Source: Narcine bancroftii (lineage: Eukaryota). From it: a stretch of 64,000 bases of DNA. The notes beneath the pieces were generated by a model, which saw only the letters and a list, made by a program, of their open reading frames with translations, made no database searches and was not told the DNA's origin. Below, piece by piece: positions 1 to 13,560 of the stretch. Position 1 is the stretch's first letter. Every line of letters starts with the position of its first letter. The position numbers and the translations under genes are program-made. Location of the stretch: NCBI RefSeq assembly GCF_036971445.1, contig NC_091471.1, positions 75,950,001-76,014,000 of the forward strand, read 5' to 3'.

Positions 1-393
1 AAGGTCACCGCTGAATTCCTTTTATGCAATGCATTCTGAATGAAAGACATAATGGATGCATAATCTTTGCCTAATTTTTTTTTTTCAGCACAGTTTTGAG
101 ATATAGGAAACTAAATTTGTTCAGGAAAGTTCCTGAAATCAATGCATTGGAATTCCAGACAAATGATATTGCCCAGCACCTAGAAAGAGAGGACCTCGTT
201 CTTTTGAAGATGAATAGTGATATAAGTGCTGGATAAATATAAACGGAAACATCAGCTTTTTCTGGGAGTGAATTGGTCCAATAATTTTTTCGGTGTCATG
301 CTGTTGTTTTATGAATATATTCATACAGTACAACCTAATGGAAAATTAAGGAATGAATGATATTTTATCTGTGTTGTTTCTTGTCTCTTCTAG

Positions 394-483
394 ACAATAC
401 ATACGTGTCAAATTCAGAGAATGATGATGATGTGCTTGTTACAAGGGACCCTATTCCAGTAATTTTCCAAAGAATAGCAACAG
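394..483 (+). CDS. PARP8: PARP8 internal coding exon (90 bp, phase 1 to phase 1)
   Basis: Polypyrimidine tract and TAG at 391-393; donor G|GTAAG after 483. Translates (D)NTYVSNSENDDDVLVTRDPIPVIFQRIAT, matching my recollection of the human PARP8 N-terminal region (NTYVSSSENDEDVLVTTEPIPVIFHRIAT). Confidence 0.93.
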
Positions 484-989
484 GTAAGAGCCTGGAATTT
501 GGTAAGGTTATGTTACCACTGAATGTTACCAAAATTCATAATTTAAGAAGCACTGAGATGGGCACTTGAATGGCTTAGGGACAACGACAACAGGCTAGTG
601 CTGGAAGATAAGGTTAATTCAGTGGATGCCATTTGCTGGGGTAGATGATGGGGGGGGGGGGGGGGCGTAGACATGATGGGTGAGTGGCCTGTTTCCTGCT
701 GACTCTGATTCAATGGATTCTAAGCAGGTCATTCTGAACACAAGGGTAGGGATGAAGAGCCTGAGGTACTTGGGAATTGATAGGTTTGGAGACGAGTGGT
801 AAGGATGCAACCTGGAGTCGACAAGTTAGTGGAAAGAAGGAAGAAATCAACAGATTATGAGGTGTAGGCTGGCAAATGGGGTGAGAGGGATGATGTTGGT
901 GTTGGATCTGTAAAAAGGGTTCAACATCATGTCCAAGATGAGGTGATTCGGGAATGACATTGTGAAAAGTAACTACCTGAGCCAGGTTC

Positions 990-1620
990 TAAACATGAGA
1001 CCATAAGAGCAAAGATAGGCTATTCAGTCCATTAAGTCTGCCCTGCCATTCAATCATGAGCTGATCCTATCCCACTCAGCCCCACTGTCTGGCCTTATTC
1101 CTATAACTTTTGATGCCCTGGCTAAACAAAAGCCTACCAATCTCTGTCTTAAATACACCCAATGACCTGGCCTCTACAACCACCTCTAGCAACAAATTCC
1201 ACAGATTTATCACCCTCTGGCTGAAGAAATTCCGATGCATTTCTATTCTGTCGATATTCTCCACCCTGAAGTTGTGCCATCTCATCCTAGACTTTCCCAC
1301 CATGGGAAGTAACCTTTCTTCATCTACTCTGTCCTTGTTTTTCAACATTCAAAATGTTTCAGTGAGATCCCCCTCATTGTCCTAATTTCCAATGAATACA
1401 GGCCAAGAGCTGTATCCCACCATGGGAAGTAACCTTTCTTCATCTACTCTGTCCTTGTTTTTCAACATTCAAAATGTTTCGGTGAGATCCCCCTCATTCT
1501 CCTAATTTCCAATGAATACAGGCCAAGAGCTGTAAAACACTCCTCACATGACAACCCTTTAATTCCCCGAATCATCTTTTGAACCCTCTCCAACTTCAGC
1601 ACATCTTTTCTTAAATGATC
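990..1620 (-). mobile_element. CR1 LINE 3' fragment
   Basis: ORF 1076-1348 (-) contains RNFFSQRVINLWNLL...SLGVFKTEIGRLL, the typical CR1 ORF2 C-terminus. Boundaries approximate. Confidence 0.8.
1295..1534. repeat. Tandem duplication, 2 x 120 bp, inside the CR1 fragment
   Basis: 1295-1414 and 1415-1534 align with 2 mismatches (agtgag/ggtgag, cattgt/cattct). Confidence 0.95.
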
Positions 1621-2373
1621 TACGCAGGCCAGTAGCTACTCAGGCTCTCTTTAAGAAGCAATATAGCAAGTCCTGAAACCAGCATGAATAGCCTGGCTAT
1701 TCCACGGTCATAAACATATGATTGAACATTACAGATGGGATGCCCAGGCACATGTTGGACGCCAGAAGATTACCGATATGTGTATTAATGGCTCCACACG
1801 CAGGTGCAGCACATTGAGGAAAAATAATGGTTAAGGAATAGCACATGGTTATGTTCCAGGATCCAAAACCTGAAGTCAAGTTCAGCTGCTGGAACATGGA
1901 GTTCTTTATTAGCAAAGGAGATTCCACAAAATTGAACAATGTGTTTTTTTAGACCCTTTCCTTTGAAATTCAGAGGAGAAGGACTTGCCCTGGCATTTTT
2001 GCAAAATGATTGAATATCTCTTTACTTGTCTGAATCTCATATTTTAAGTAAGCATCCGACCGCTTGGTGGAACTGTGTTCAAAAACGGCCCCTAATGCAT
2101 TTTTGTGGTGCATCTGGGATTAGATCTCAGTCTAAGTTAAGAATGAAAGTGTCAACCTTTCTTTTCAAATGTTATTAAATGTCAGTATATATTTTTTTTT
2201 AAATTGTTTCCACCTGGAAAGATGACATTGCACCAAATACCAGCTAATAATTCAGAAATGTTGCTGCTGGTAATACAGCTTTAATATAAAACCAAAGATT
2301 CCAATGAAGGCAACACAAGTGAAGAATATTGTATTCATCCATCTGCCATGGGCAATGCAGTGATTGTGTTGAG

Positions 2374-2646
2374 CTCTCTCTCTCTTCTCTCTTTGGCTTG
2401 GCTTCGCGGACAAAGATTTATGGAGGGGTAATGTCCACGTCAGCTGCAGGCTCGTTTGTGGCTGACAAGTCTGATGCGGGACAGGCAGACACAGTTGCAG
2501 CGGTTGCAGGGGAAAATTGGTTGGTTGGGGTTGGGTGTTGGGTTTTTCCTCCTTTGCCTTTTGTCAGTGAGGTGGGCTCTGCGGTCTTCTTCAAAGGAGG
2601 TTGCTGCCCGCCGAACTTTGAGGCGCCAAGATGCACGGTTTGAGGC
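2374..2646 (-). mobile_element. RTE-clade (BovB-like) LINE, 5'-truncated 3' end
   Basis: Nearly identical to 12340-12756 and 40073-40330. C-terminal Cys/His motif (C..C...C.SRIGLVSHKRAC), short 3' UTR ending GCCAAGCCAAAG and an (AG)n tail. Confidence 0.85.
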
Positions 2647-3523
2647 TATGCATCAGCTATCAGAGGGAGAAGTGGGTAAAACAACATCTGGCAGTGCAGC
2701 TGAGGCTCCAGCAGGCTGCAACCAACATAAAGACCATTACTGGCAATAAAACAATGGAAACAAAGTTCAAGTCTTACTGTTGTTTTAATACCAAACCAGC
2801 TTCTGCTGGAATTATGTTGCTTAATTAGTTTTGCTTTCACTGGCGGCAAAGTGAGGAATTGGTACTCAGTTGTAAAATATTGTGGGAAGTTTGAGAAGAG
2901 GTCACAAACAATGTTTTTCTCTTCCCTTGGCATTTCCAACAGGTATTCCACGGAACTGTTGTACTTCAGTGTTTCTGGCCATTTAACTGTAAGAACTTGA
3001 AGGGCTAGGGGCCGGAAATAGATGTAGGATCTTTGATGTGCAGTCGGAAAAAATTTGCAGTGACATTAAATGTGAATACTCATTGCATCTAAGCAATGAA
3101 GCTTCATCACCCGTAAATTTTGATGAAGAAATCCAAAACCCTGAAGCCTGCCTAATGAAGATTATTAATGAATCACTCAGATTAGTTGACTGAGGCCTTT
3201 TTATAAATGTCCCAATGTTAATGCATTGAATAGAAAATTTTGACTTAAAATATGCATTAAGAGTGTACAACAGCCTTAAGAATAGAAAAAAAAATCCAAA
3301 TTCATTGCAAAGGGATGATTAATTTCCATGAATGTTGCAGGTACAGAAGAGCATTGGAATTGTGAAGTATAAATTAACAAGATTGAAAGAGTCTACCTTC
3401 CACTATTTTTGTGGTCACATACCAAAATGCTGCTAAAATGATTAATTGGCCCGATGACCATCCCCATTGCTGGCCCATGCTGAGAGTATTTTATCTCAAT
3501 TCCTCGGTAATTTTCAACACCAC

Positions 3524-6117
3524 TGTAGCGTGACAGAGAACACTCCTGAGAGAGTACAGCACGCTTTTATTCAATAAGAATGGCACACATGGTCTGCGGA
3601 CTGAACTGGAGTTTTGGTGGGGATCCAGGGTTTATATTGGGATATGCGGGGGACGGAGTCAGGGGAGGAGTCCGTCCTTAGAGCATTGCACAAGTAGTGA
3701 ATTCCCAGTTCACTACATTCACCCCTTCCTTTTGAATGAAGCCTGCGGGTGAAAACAGAGAACATCGGATAGTCAAAATAATATTTACGATATTTACAAG
3801 TTCAACCTGTCAGGAGGTCTGGAAATGTGGACAGAGTGCTGCAGTGCTTCCCGACCCTCCTGTGGTTCTGGGGCCTCAGGGCATGGGTGATCTGGCTCTG
3901 GCTGAGCGGTCGCTGGAGCCACTTCCTGCGACAACTCACCTGAGCCCATTGGCATTTCTCTGGAAATTCTAAGTAGGTCAGAGTCCTTGCTCCCTTGAGG
4001 TGGTGGACTCTCAGTTCCAATGGGTGCCAGATCCCTGATCGAGACAGTGTCCTACCTGCCATCTGGGTATGCCACGTAGGTGTAAGTTGGGATGGCATGG
4101 AGTAGGTGCACCTTCTTGACCAGGGGTTTGGATTTGCTCCTCCTCATGTGCTTTCGGAGCAGCACTGGGCCTGGTGCTGTGAGCCAAGCTGGGAGGGATG
4201 TCCCTGACGTTGACTTTCTCTCGATAGGATACATCAGTTTGTGAGGAGACGCATTGGTCGCAGTGCAAAGAAATGACCTAATGGAGTGGAGTGCCATGGC
4301 CAGCCTGAATCTAGAAGTCCTTTGGACAGGAGGGCCAATTTTACGGCCTTCCAAATCATAGCATTCTCTTTCTCAATCTGTCCTGGGGGGTTATAGCTGG
4401 TTGTCCTGCTGGATGCAATTTTCTCTCACCAGCAGAAATTTGCAAAGATCTTTGCTCATAAATAATGAGCCCCGAACAGGGCGAAAATTGAGTCTACGGC
4501 TCTAGTCACGGATGACGTGGATGTGTCTGAGCAGGGAATGGCGAATGGGAAATGAGAGTACTTGTCTAATGAGAAAGTACACATTCCTGTTTGTGGAGGG
4601 GAGGGGTCCCTTGAAATCAACACTGAAATCGAAGGGCCTGGATGCCTTTATCAGGTGCCCGTTTCTGGGATGGTAGATGTCCGCGCAGACCTGGCAAGAC
4701 CTGGTCATCTCCCTGATATCCTCAATCAAATAGGGTAAATTGCATGCCTTGACAAAATGAGCCATTTGCATGAGCTCATTGTGCAATGACCACAACTGGC
4801 CAGTGTGTGCAGAGGCACAGCTTCCTCTGGACAAGGCATCTGGAGGCTCATTGAGGGAACCAGGTCGGTAGACTATGTCGTAGTTGTAGGTGGAGAATTC
4901 AATCCTCCATCTAGCAATTTTATCATTTTAATTTTCCCTGTTTTGTATTATTGAACATGAATGCAACCGATCACTGGTCTGTGAGGAAGGTGAATTTCTT
5001 ACCCACCTGGTAGTGCCTCCAGTGCCTGATGGCCTCTATAATGGCTTGTGCCTCTTTCTCCACTAATGGATTCTGAAGCTTGGGGCCTTGTAGGGTCCTG
5101 GCAAAAATGCAACCGGCCTGCCCACCTGATTAAGGGTTGCAGCTAAGGCTACATCTGAAGCGTCACTTTCCACCTGAAAAGGTACATTTATGACCACCGC
5201 ATGCATGGTGGCCTATACAATGTAGCTTCTGACGTAGTTGAAAGCTGTTTGAGCTTCGGCTGTCAGTGGAAAAGAAGTGGTTTTTATGAGGGGAAGAACC
5301 TTGTCTGCTTATTGAAGGACCCATTGGGTGTAATATGAGAAGCAGCCCAGGCACCTCTTCAAAGCCTTCGTGGTCCTCGTGACCAGATGTTCCAACAAGG
5401 AGTGCATCCTGTCAGGGTCGGGGCCATTGAAGCCATTCTCCACCATGTAGCCCGAGATGGCTAGGTGTCTAGCCCTGAACATGCACTTACTGGTGTTGTA
5501 AGTGAGGTTCTGGGCTTTAGCTGTGTGGAGAAAGTTCTGGAGGTAGGCGTCGTGGTTCTCCAGAGTGTGGCCGCAAATGGTAATGTTTTGAAGTATGGTA
5601 AGGTGGCCTTCAACTTAAATTAGACTACCATTCAGTCCATCTGTCTCTGGAAGATTGAGATTTTGGACTTCAGCTTCTCAACAGCCGCTGCATAAGTCGT
5701 ACAATCCCTGATGATCAGGAATCCTTTAGGTCCGACGCGAGAGAGGAGCGCCAACCTCTTGAGCTCATCCATTCTGTAGACCTCTTGCGTAGTTGACAGG
5801 TACATTTGGAAGCACTCCATCCAGTACGCAAACTCTTCCAAGACCTCGGGGACAGAGGGTGGATGAGGAGCATCACGGGCTTCAACAGCACTTCCATCCC
5901 GTTCTTTATTGAATATAATTGTAGTGCGAAAGAGAGCACTGAAGACCAGAGAGAGTACAACACACTTTTATTCAATAAGAATGGCTCACATGGTCTGTGG
6001 ACTGAATTGGAGTTTTGGCGGGGGCCCAGGGTTTATATCAGGATATGTAGGGATGGAGTCAGGGGAGGAGCCAGTCCTTAGAGTAACGCACCAGTAGTGA
6101 ATTCCCAGTTCATTTCA
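3524..6117 (-). mobile_element. Gypsy/Ty3 LTR retrotransposon, internally deleted and decayed; LTRs 3524-3717 and 5920-6117
   Basis: Two similar ~195-bp TG...CA direct repeats; flanks accac/accat (4/5 TSD); polypurine tract AAAAGGAAGGGGTGAA next to the 3' LTR. Minus-strand remnants of gag start (MEVLLKP), RT, RNase H and integrase (HFVKACNLPY..CQVC, SVDFKGPLPS) in RT-RH-INT order. Confidence 0.92.
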
Positions 6118-6939
6118 ACCATCTTGATAACTTAGCTTGGAGAGTTTCAACATGATGTCCATCCAATTGGTGTTTGATTTCCTTTGGAGGGAAGGTTAGG
6201 CTGACTCATATGCAAATTAGATGGAACATTCCTCTTCATATAGTAACCGACACACCTTGTGAAGTCTAAATGAAAAAAAAATGCCACAGACTGGACATTT
6301 TTGAAATGCTTGTTTTATATTGATATTAAATTATTTATAGTTGCAAAGTAATTGAAAATATATGAAAATGTCTGTTTTAATTTCATTTTTCACATTCTTC
6401 AGTGAAACTGTGAGCTGTACTAAATGCATTTTGATGATATCTCCTATAGAATAACCCATACATCGTCTTTTGCTTTGCTCACACTGGAACATTACTCCCA
6501 CACTAGCTGGGCCACTCTTTTCTCGGGTTAAGTTTCCCTTTAAAGATTGTGTATGATGACATAGAATCTTATAAGCAGACATAGCAATGGCATATGAATT
6601 GAAAGAGGATGGATATTGCGTAGAATTTGTTTCGCTTTGTCACTTTTAGGTTTATTTGCCACTAATTCAATGTAAGAAGAGTGGCGTGGTAAATCTTCAA
6701 CAAATACTGTATACAGAGCAGACCAAGCTTTCTTACTTCGAACTTTGCAATTTAAATTGCCACAAAGGTCTTTGAACTGTTAATTTTTTTTTCCAGAAAA
6801 CTGCTGGTGGTGATGTGTTTAACACAACCCTTTACATGGCTGTAATAACATGGCTCTGGAAAGAAGCTGCAGAAATGGTAATCAATATGTTTCTTTTCAC
6901 AATGAACTTGACACTCTAATACTCCTTTATTTTTTTCAG

Positions 6940-7010
6940 AATTAAGATTTAATAATGATGCCACAAGTTGCCTGTCAATCAGAACAAAGCTACACAATGA
7001 AAGGTGCCAG
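6940..7010 (+). CDS. PARP8: PARP8 internal coding exon (71 bp, phase 1 to phase 0)
   Basis: Acceptor ttttttcAG and donor CAG|GTGAGT. Spliced in frame it reads (E)LRFNNDATSCLSIRTKLHNERCQ versus recalled human ELRKTNDINCCLSIKSKLQKENGE. Not captured by the ORF track. Confidence 0.88.
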
Positions 7011-7637
7011 GTGAGTGGAGCTTAAATCAATTTGTTCATTCATTTTTATCATCTTTTCTAAAACTTAAATGGAGTCATCTACAGATTTAATTTACACAAT
7101 GTGCAGTTCTTTGCAGATGATAAGGAGTGATTAAATATTGCAGTTGGAAACTTTGCACCGTTTGCATCAACAGATAACTAACAATTAGGAGAATGCCTTA
7201 TTTATACTTGATTAAACTGGGTTAATGCCTATGCCTCTCCTCTGTTATTTGTTAACATTAAAGCATAAATTTAATGTTCTTGGATGGATCAAAAAATGAG
7301 CTTGATATGATTGTGTATGTTCACATGATTTGATTGGACTGATTACCCAAAAATATTACCCATATGTAAAGCTAATTGTCTAGAATAGATTTATTCAGGA
7401 GAAGTCCTTGTAGTGTATCCTCTTTTCATTGAGTATCTATTACATCCCTTTTATTATTTTGGAAGTTACTGTGCTGAGATAAGATACAGTATAGTGCAAT
7501 ATTTTTGTCCAATCTGAGATTCCATGATTAACAAAAATTTAAAAAAATATTGCAAAGATCATAATTCCTTCATGACTCTGCCTTATTAATGGATGGTGGA
7601 ATCCAAATATCTATAGTAATGACCAAAATTGTGCAAC

Positions 7638-8612
7638 CAGTGGGGCATTAACCATTAGGCTGAGTAGGCTTAAGCCTAGGGGCCTGGAGGGTAAGGGGGT
7701 CTAGTCAGTAAAGGGTAGCCTGGTCTCAGTTTTATCGTTTCACACTTACTGCGTGGGTGAAGCCAGTGACTGTGGGCCAGAGTTGGTGTCGTGCCGTTGC
7801 CGGGGTGATGCATGCAGTGGTTTCTGGGATTTGGTGGTGGTGGCACCAGAGTTGGCATTATGTCATTGTCAGGGTGATACACGCAGTTGTTTCTAGTAGC
7901 TGGTGGGGCTGCGTGATCCTCCACCTTCCTATCGAACTATTAGATTTTTAACATGAAATTGGGTCAGAGAGACATTAAAAATCTAATAGCTTAGTGGGAA
8001 GATGGAGGATTGGGGGTAGAGGATGGGGTTGATTCCTGCCCATAATCTCCAGTATGCTGAAGAACAAGGAAGGGTTTAGGAGCCCCCCACAACGAGCATA
8101 ACATGACACGGCAGCACTCAGTTGGACTCTCTGCCACTACCATGGGAGAGGAGTAAGTAAGTGATCACTTTAATTATTCATGCTGTTTAAAAATAAATTA
8201 TGAACGATAATCAGAGCAGCTTCCAGAAATTGTACCTAGAGTTTGCAATGGTCGGTGTAAATGGTTGACTGGTACAAGCCAGGGGGGTGTTGCGCAGCAG
8301 AGAGCTGACCAGGTACCAGACAGATTACTCCAAATGCAGCCCTATGTCAGAGTTGGTGATGAGGTCCCCACCAGCAGCCAGCACTAAGGCACACCACTAT
8401 CAGCCTAACTCCTTCTTCTCCACTGGGCTATTGCCACCCAGCCCATCAATTCTACCCTGCCATTGCCAAGCACAGCGTACACAGTATAAACACCTACAGA
8501 TAAATTTAGAATATGTGAAGAGGAGGGCATCACCTGGTGGGCCAAGGTCGGGGGTGGGGGGGCCTTCCTAAAGCTCAACCTAGGGGCCTGGGTGGTAGTT
8601 AATCCACCACTG
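7638..8612. mobile_element. hAT-like non-autonomous element (MITE), CAGTGGCGGATTAAC-type
   Basis: Ends cagtggggcattaacc ... gttaatccaccactg; 8-bp flanks tgtgcaac/tgtgtaaa. Same termini as 53063-53613 and the partial copy near 17040-17078. Confidence 0.75.
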
Positions 8613-10124
8613 TGTGTAAATTGTATTTATGCACCATTTCGGTAATTTTCACATGTATTATGTGATAGCTGTGGGTCATTGCTGTATTTGTAGGGTACTG
8701 TAATGCTGATGAAGCTCCTTCAGGTTGACTTAAAAGACATTGGCCTGCACTCTCCCACAACAATGCTTCTCACCAGGCAGAAAACCTGACACCTCTTCCC
8801 AACATTGCCCACTCTGCTGATATACCTGCCAGCTATCCTCTTCATCATCGATTTCCTTGCATTCACCAATCTTTCCCACCCTCTTTTAGTAGATCCCCAG
8901 ACAACCAACACCCACCCCCTCCTTGAATGCCAACTGTAACCCTTGACACAGTTGAGCTACACCATTAACCTCCACCTTATCTGATCTCCACCAGATCAAC
9001 CTTCAATCTGAACCCTGACCAAGTACCCTGACCCACTGATCTCTGCTCAGAATTTTATGCCAGTCCATACAAAAATGCAACGTTACAGTTTTAAAAGGAC
9101 ATAGCTGCTGACAATATCTTTTATATCATCACCCCAGGCACAACACCAGAAACTTTCTGTTATTATTCTGAGCAGTCCTGGCCTGTGATTTCTTTCATTT
9201 AGCTTTCACGTAATGGATTTTCTTGAGGGCATTAACCTTCACTGGTGGAATGAAGAGTTTTAATACCATTTTCAGTAGCTGCATTCATTTGTTTGCAAAT
9301 ATCTCAAGGTTTCCCTGTGGAGGAGACCTTGTGCTTCATGTGCCCAACAAGAAAAGGCTTAAAATAAATAAAATTCAGCTTACTTTGGCCTCCTCTATCT
9401 TTGATTCACCTGTTACTGATTTTTCGGTTGCTCTGGCTTGATAGTACTCAGAGGAAATTATATAATGCATTACAGTCATATTTTTGTCCCCTGTAAACAT
9501 TGAAAAGCCTGATTTGTTTGTTGAGAATTATTTGGTTATCGGTATCCCACCTCCCACTCCTTCCTAAATGAATCAAAACAAAGTCGATAAGACCATCTAC
9601 AATAATTTGGCATCGTTTGGCCCTGATACAGTGTGTCATACAGATGTTTCAGATTCTTGACTATTTAATTTCTCAATTAAACCAAACCTACTGGCTTTAA
9701 AATTTAAAATAAAAAACAAATATTCTGTCTTAAACCATCAAATAGAATGCATTTTCTTTCATTTTAATTGACTAAGAAGATGTGCGGTTCACACACATCT
9801 GAGATCCCTTTCAAAAAGGTCCTTTAACTTATTAATCGCACAAGGCCATGGAAATTTTACAGCATGAAGAGAGGTTGCGATGCCAGATGAGAATGAGCAA
9901 CACAACCCAATCCTTCCTTTCTACACTGGATCCACAACCCTGTCAGTCATTCCATTTCAAGTACTCATCCAAGCACTGTTGAAGTGTGCTGAGGGTTTCT
10001 CCCTCTCCCACTCTTTCATGCTATGAGTTTTAGATGTCTATCACATACAGTTAGTGGAGGACAAAGAGATAAAACTTGCCTCATCTCCCCTCAAATAATT
10101 CTGCTAATTACTTCATATATCATT

Positions 10125-13100
10125 ATAAGAACTTGACAGATAGGAAAAGGAATAGGTCATATGGCCCGTCAAGCCTACTCTGTCATTCAATGAGATCATG
10201 GCTGATCTGATGACACTTTTTATTATATCCCTTAATTCTCTATGTAAAAATCTATCCAACCTTGTCTTAAATGTATTTACTGAGGTCACCTTCACTGCTT
10301 CAATGGGCAGCAAATTCCACAGATTCATCAACCTCTGGGAAAAGTAGTTCCTCCTCATCTCTGTCCTAAATCTACGATGCTGAATCTTGAGGCTATGTCC
10401 CTAGTTCTGGTCTCCCCTACTAATGGGAGCAATTTACATACATCTATCTTATCTATGCTTTTCATAATTGTATGTGTCTATAAGATCCCCTCTCATTCTT
10501 CTAAATTCCAGCAAAGTGCAGTCCCAGATGACTCAATCTCTCCTCAGAGGCTAATCTCTTCATCTTTGGAATCAATTTGGTGAACCTCCTCTCCACCGCC
10601 TCCAACGCTAGTACATCCCTTTTCAAGTAAAAAGACCAGAACTGCATGCAGTTCTCCAGATGCAGCTTTGCCTTACCACATACAGTTGCAGCATAACCCC
10701 CAGCTCTTAAATTATATCTCTCCAGCAGTGAAGGCCAACATTCCATTTGCCTTCTTGATAGGCCACTGCACCTGCAAACCAACCTTTTGTGATTCATGCT
10801 GAAGGGCTCTCAACTCCTTCTGCACAGGAGCAGGCTCCAATCACTTACCATTTAAATGATATTCTGATGTTCTATTTTCCCTTCCAAATTAGATCTGCCA
10901 ACATTGTACTCCATCTGCCTGACCCTTACCCTCTCACTTAACCTGTCAATATCTCTCTGCAGACTCTTCATATCCTTTGCAAAATTCGCTGTTCCACTTA
11001 ATTTATTGTTATCAGCAAACTTAGAAACACTACACTCTGTCCCCTCTTCCAGATCGCTTATGTATATCATGAACAGTTGCAGGCCAAGCACTGACCCCTG
11101 CAGCACACTGCTCACCACTGATTGCCATCCAGAAAAACACCCCTGTACCCCAACTCTCTGCTCTCTATAGGTTAACCAATCCTCTAACCATGCTAATAAT
11201 TTCCACCAACTCTGTGCATCCTTAACTTCTCTATAAGTCTATTATGCAGCATTTTATTGAACACCTTCTTAAAATGCTTGTAAATAATTTCCATTTGCTC
11301 CCCTCTATCTAATGTGCTTATTATATCCTTAAAAAACTCCAGTAAATTTGTTAAACAGGACCTCCTTTGCTGAACCCAGGCTGCATCTGCCTGATGGATC
11401 CATTTCACTCCAGATGTCTCGCTATTTCTTCTTTAATGATAGCTTCAAGCATTTTCCCAACTACAGAAGTTAAACTAACTTGCCTATACTTCCTTGCCTT
11501 TTGCCTACATGGTGTTTTGAATAGTGCATGACATTTGCCATCTTTCAATCTGCCCTGACCTGCCCAGACTCCAGAGAATTTTGGTAGATTATCACCAAAG
11601 TCTTGACTATAACTTCTGCCATTTCATTCTGTACCCTGGGATTCATTCCATCAGGACCTGCGGACCTATCTATCTTTAAACCTTCATGTTTTCTGAGTAC
11701 GACTTTTTTGGTGATAGCTATTACATCCAGGTCCTCACCTCCCATTAAATCCATAACATCTGTCTTTGGCATATTCCAAGTTCATCCAATGTGAAGACTG
11801 ATACAAAATAGCCATTCAAAGCCTCAACCATTTCCTCATTATCCAATATCAATACCCCCTTCTCATCTTCCAAGGGACTAACCTTCAATTTAGCCACCTT
11901 TTTATGGTTTGTATCATTATAAAAACTTCTACTGTCCATTTTTATATTTTCTGCTAATCTTTTCTCTGGAATCAGACATTTTGTTGTCCAACATTATTTT
12001 AGACCAAACTATTGGTCTAATATTTGTATGGAAACTCAATCATATTGTGATCACTATTTCCAAGAGAATCCATAAGTACAAGATCACTAATTTTACCTGC
12101 CTCATTGAACAGGACCAGATACAAAATAGCATGTTACCTTTAAGTCTCAGTCACATGCAGTTCAAGAAAGCCATCACATATGCATTCTATGAAATCCTCC
12201 TTAAGATTATCTCAACCAATCTGATTCTTCCAGTCTACGTGCATGTTAAAATCTCCAACGATAACTGCTGTTCCATTCTTACATGCCTCTGGTATTTCTG
12301 GTTTATTGCCTGTTCCACTGTAATGTTATTATTGAGTGGCTCCAGAATGGAGGACCATCGCCTTCCCAAGATCGTGTTATATGGCGAGCTCTCCACTGGC
12401 CACCGTGACAGAGGTGCACCAAAGAAAAGGTACAAGGACTGCCTAAAGAAATCTCTTGGTGCCTGCCACATTGACCACCGCCAGTGGGCTGATATCGCCT
12501 CAAACCGTGCATCTTGGCGCCTCACAGTTTGGCGGGCAGCAACCTCCTTTGAAGAAGACCGCAGAGCCTACCTCACTGACAAAAGGCAAAGGAGGAAAAA
12601 CCCAACACCCAACCCCAACCCACCAATTTTCCCCTGCAACCGCTGCAATCGTGTCTGCCTGTCCCGCATCGGACTCGTCAGCCACAAACGAGCCTGCAGC
12701 TGACGTGGACTTTTTACCCCCTCCATAAATCTTCGTCCGCGAAGCCAAGCCAAAGAATAGACAACTCCCACCAGTGATTTTTTTCCCTTTACTATTCTTT
12801 CTTAATAGATGACGCTTCTTCACAAATACTGTTCATTTTAGCTTTCATATCCATAAATCCTGAAAGACATCTGAGATGACACATTGTCCACAGCTCAGAC
12901 CCTGTCTAACAAGTTGTGAACTCGCGACGTACCGTGCATGCCCGGCAGCACCATTGATCGCGCAGGCACGTCTTCAGATGGGCCTCCGCGCATTTCAGGG
13001 CCGCTGGCACAATTGCGGGGTCACGCGGTGTAATCGGGAGACATGGCTCAGCCGTCTCACCCGCGCGCCTGGCATCACGGGCGCGCGTATTAGAGTCGGT

Positions 13101-13560
13101 CGGGCGGGGAGCAGTGCCGGCGCCATCTTGCGACAGCAAGGTAGGCGCCGGCATCATACTAATTCGACCAGGAGTTTGTTGTGCCTTTGGTGTGTGAAGA
13201 CTGAAGGAAGAAAATTACTACTGATGTGAAGAAACCGACGACTCAATTACAGAAGAAACTACCATACAAGAGTCCTGAAGAATTGAGGGCTACTTACCAA
13301 GTTGAAACCACGGAGTCAACGGATCCGGCTCATCTCTCACTATTGTCCTGATCATATCCTTAACTAAGAGTGCTACCCCACCTCCCTTACCTTCCTGCCT
13401 GTCTTTCCTTATTACCTGATATCCTTGGATATTTAAAATCTAATCCTCTCCACCCTGCAACCATGTTGCTGTAATGGGCACTAAATCATATCCCTATGTA
13501 CTGATTTGTGTCACAAGTTCACTGACTTTCTTTTCAAATACTACAGGCATTCGAGTAAAA
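10125..13560 (-). mobile_element. Long decayed CR1 LINE (ORF2 region) with nested insertions
   Basis: Minus-strand fragments: SAGPDGMNPRV, RSCLTNLLEFF, SSVLQGSVLGLQLFMIYISDLEE..SKFADNNKL (RT core), RRNYFSQRLMNLWNLLP. Interrupted at 12340-12756 and about 12800-13330. Confidence 0.88.
12340..12756 (+). mobile_element. RTE-clade LINE 3' end nested in CR1
   Basis: Encodes SRMEDHRLPKIVLYGELSTGHRDRGAPKKRYKDCLK...CNRCNRVCLSRIGLVSHKRACS*; near-identical to the copy at 40073. Confidence 0.9.

Noticed and set aside
649-665. Poly-G run, also C/G runs near 55905-55929 and 57601-57613, as functional G-quadruplexes
   Set aside because: Simple homopolymers within or next to decayed repeats, with no evidence of function.
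11909-12703. 264-aa plus-strand ORF as a novel chimeric gene
   Set aside because: It is antisense CR1 sequence running by chance into the in-frame 3' end of a nested RTE; it has a non-ATG start and no splice or promoter support.
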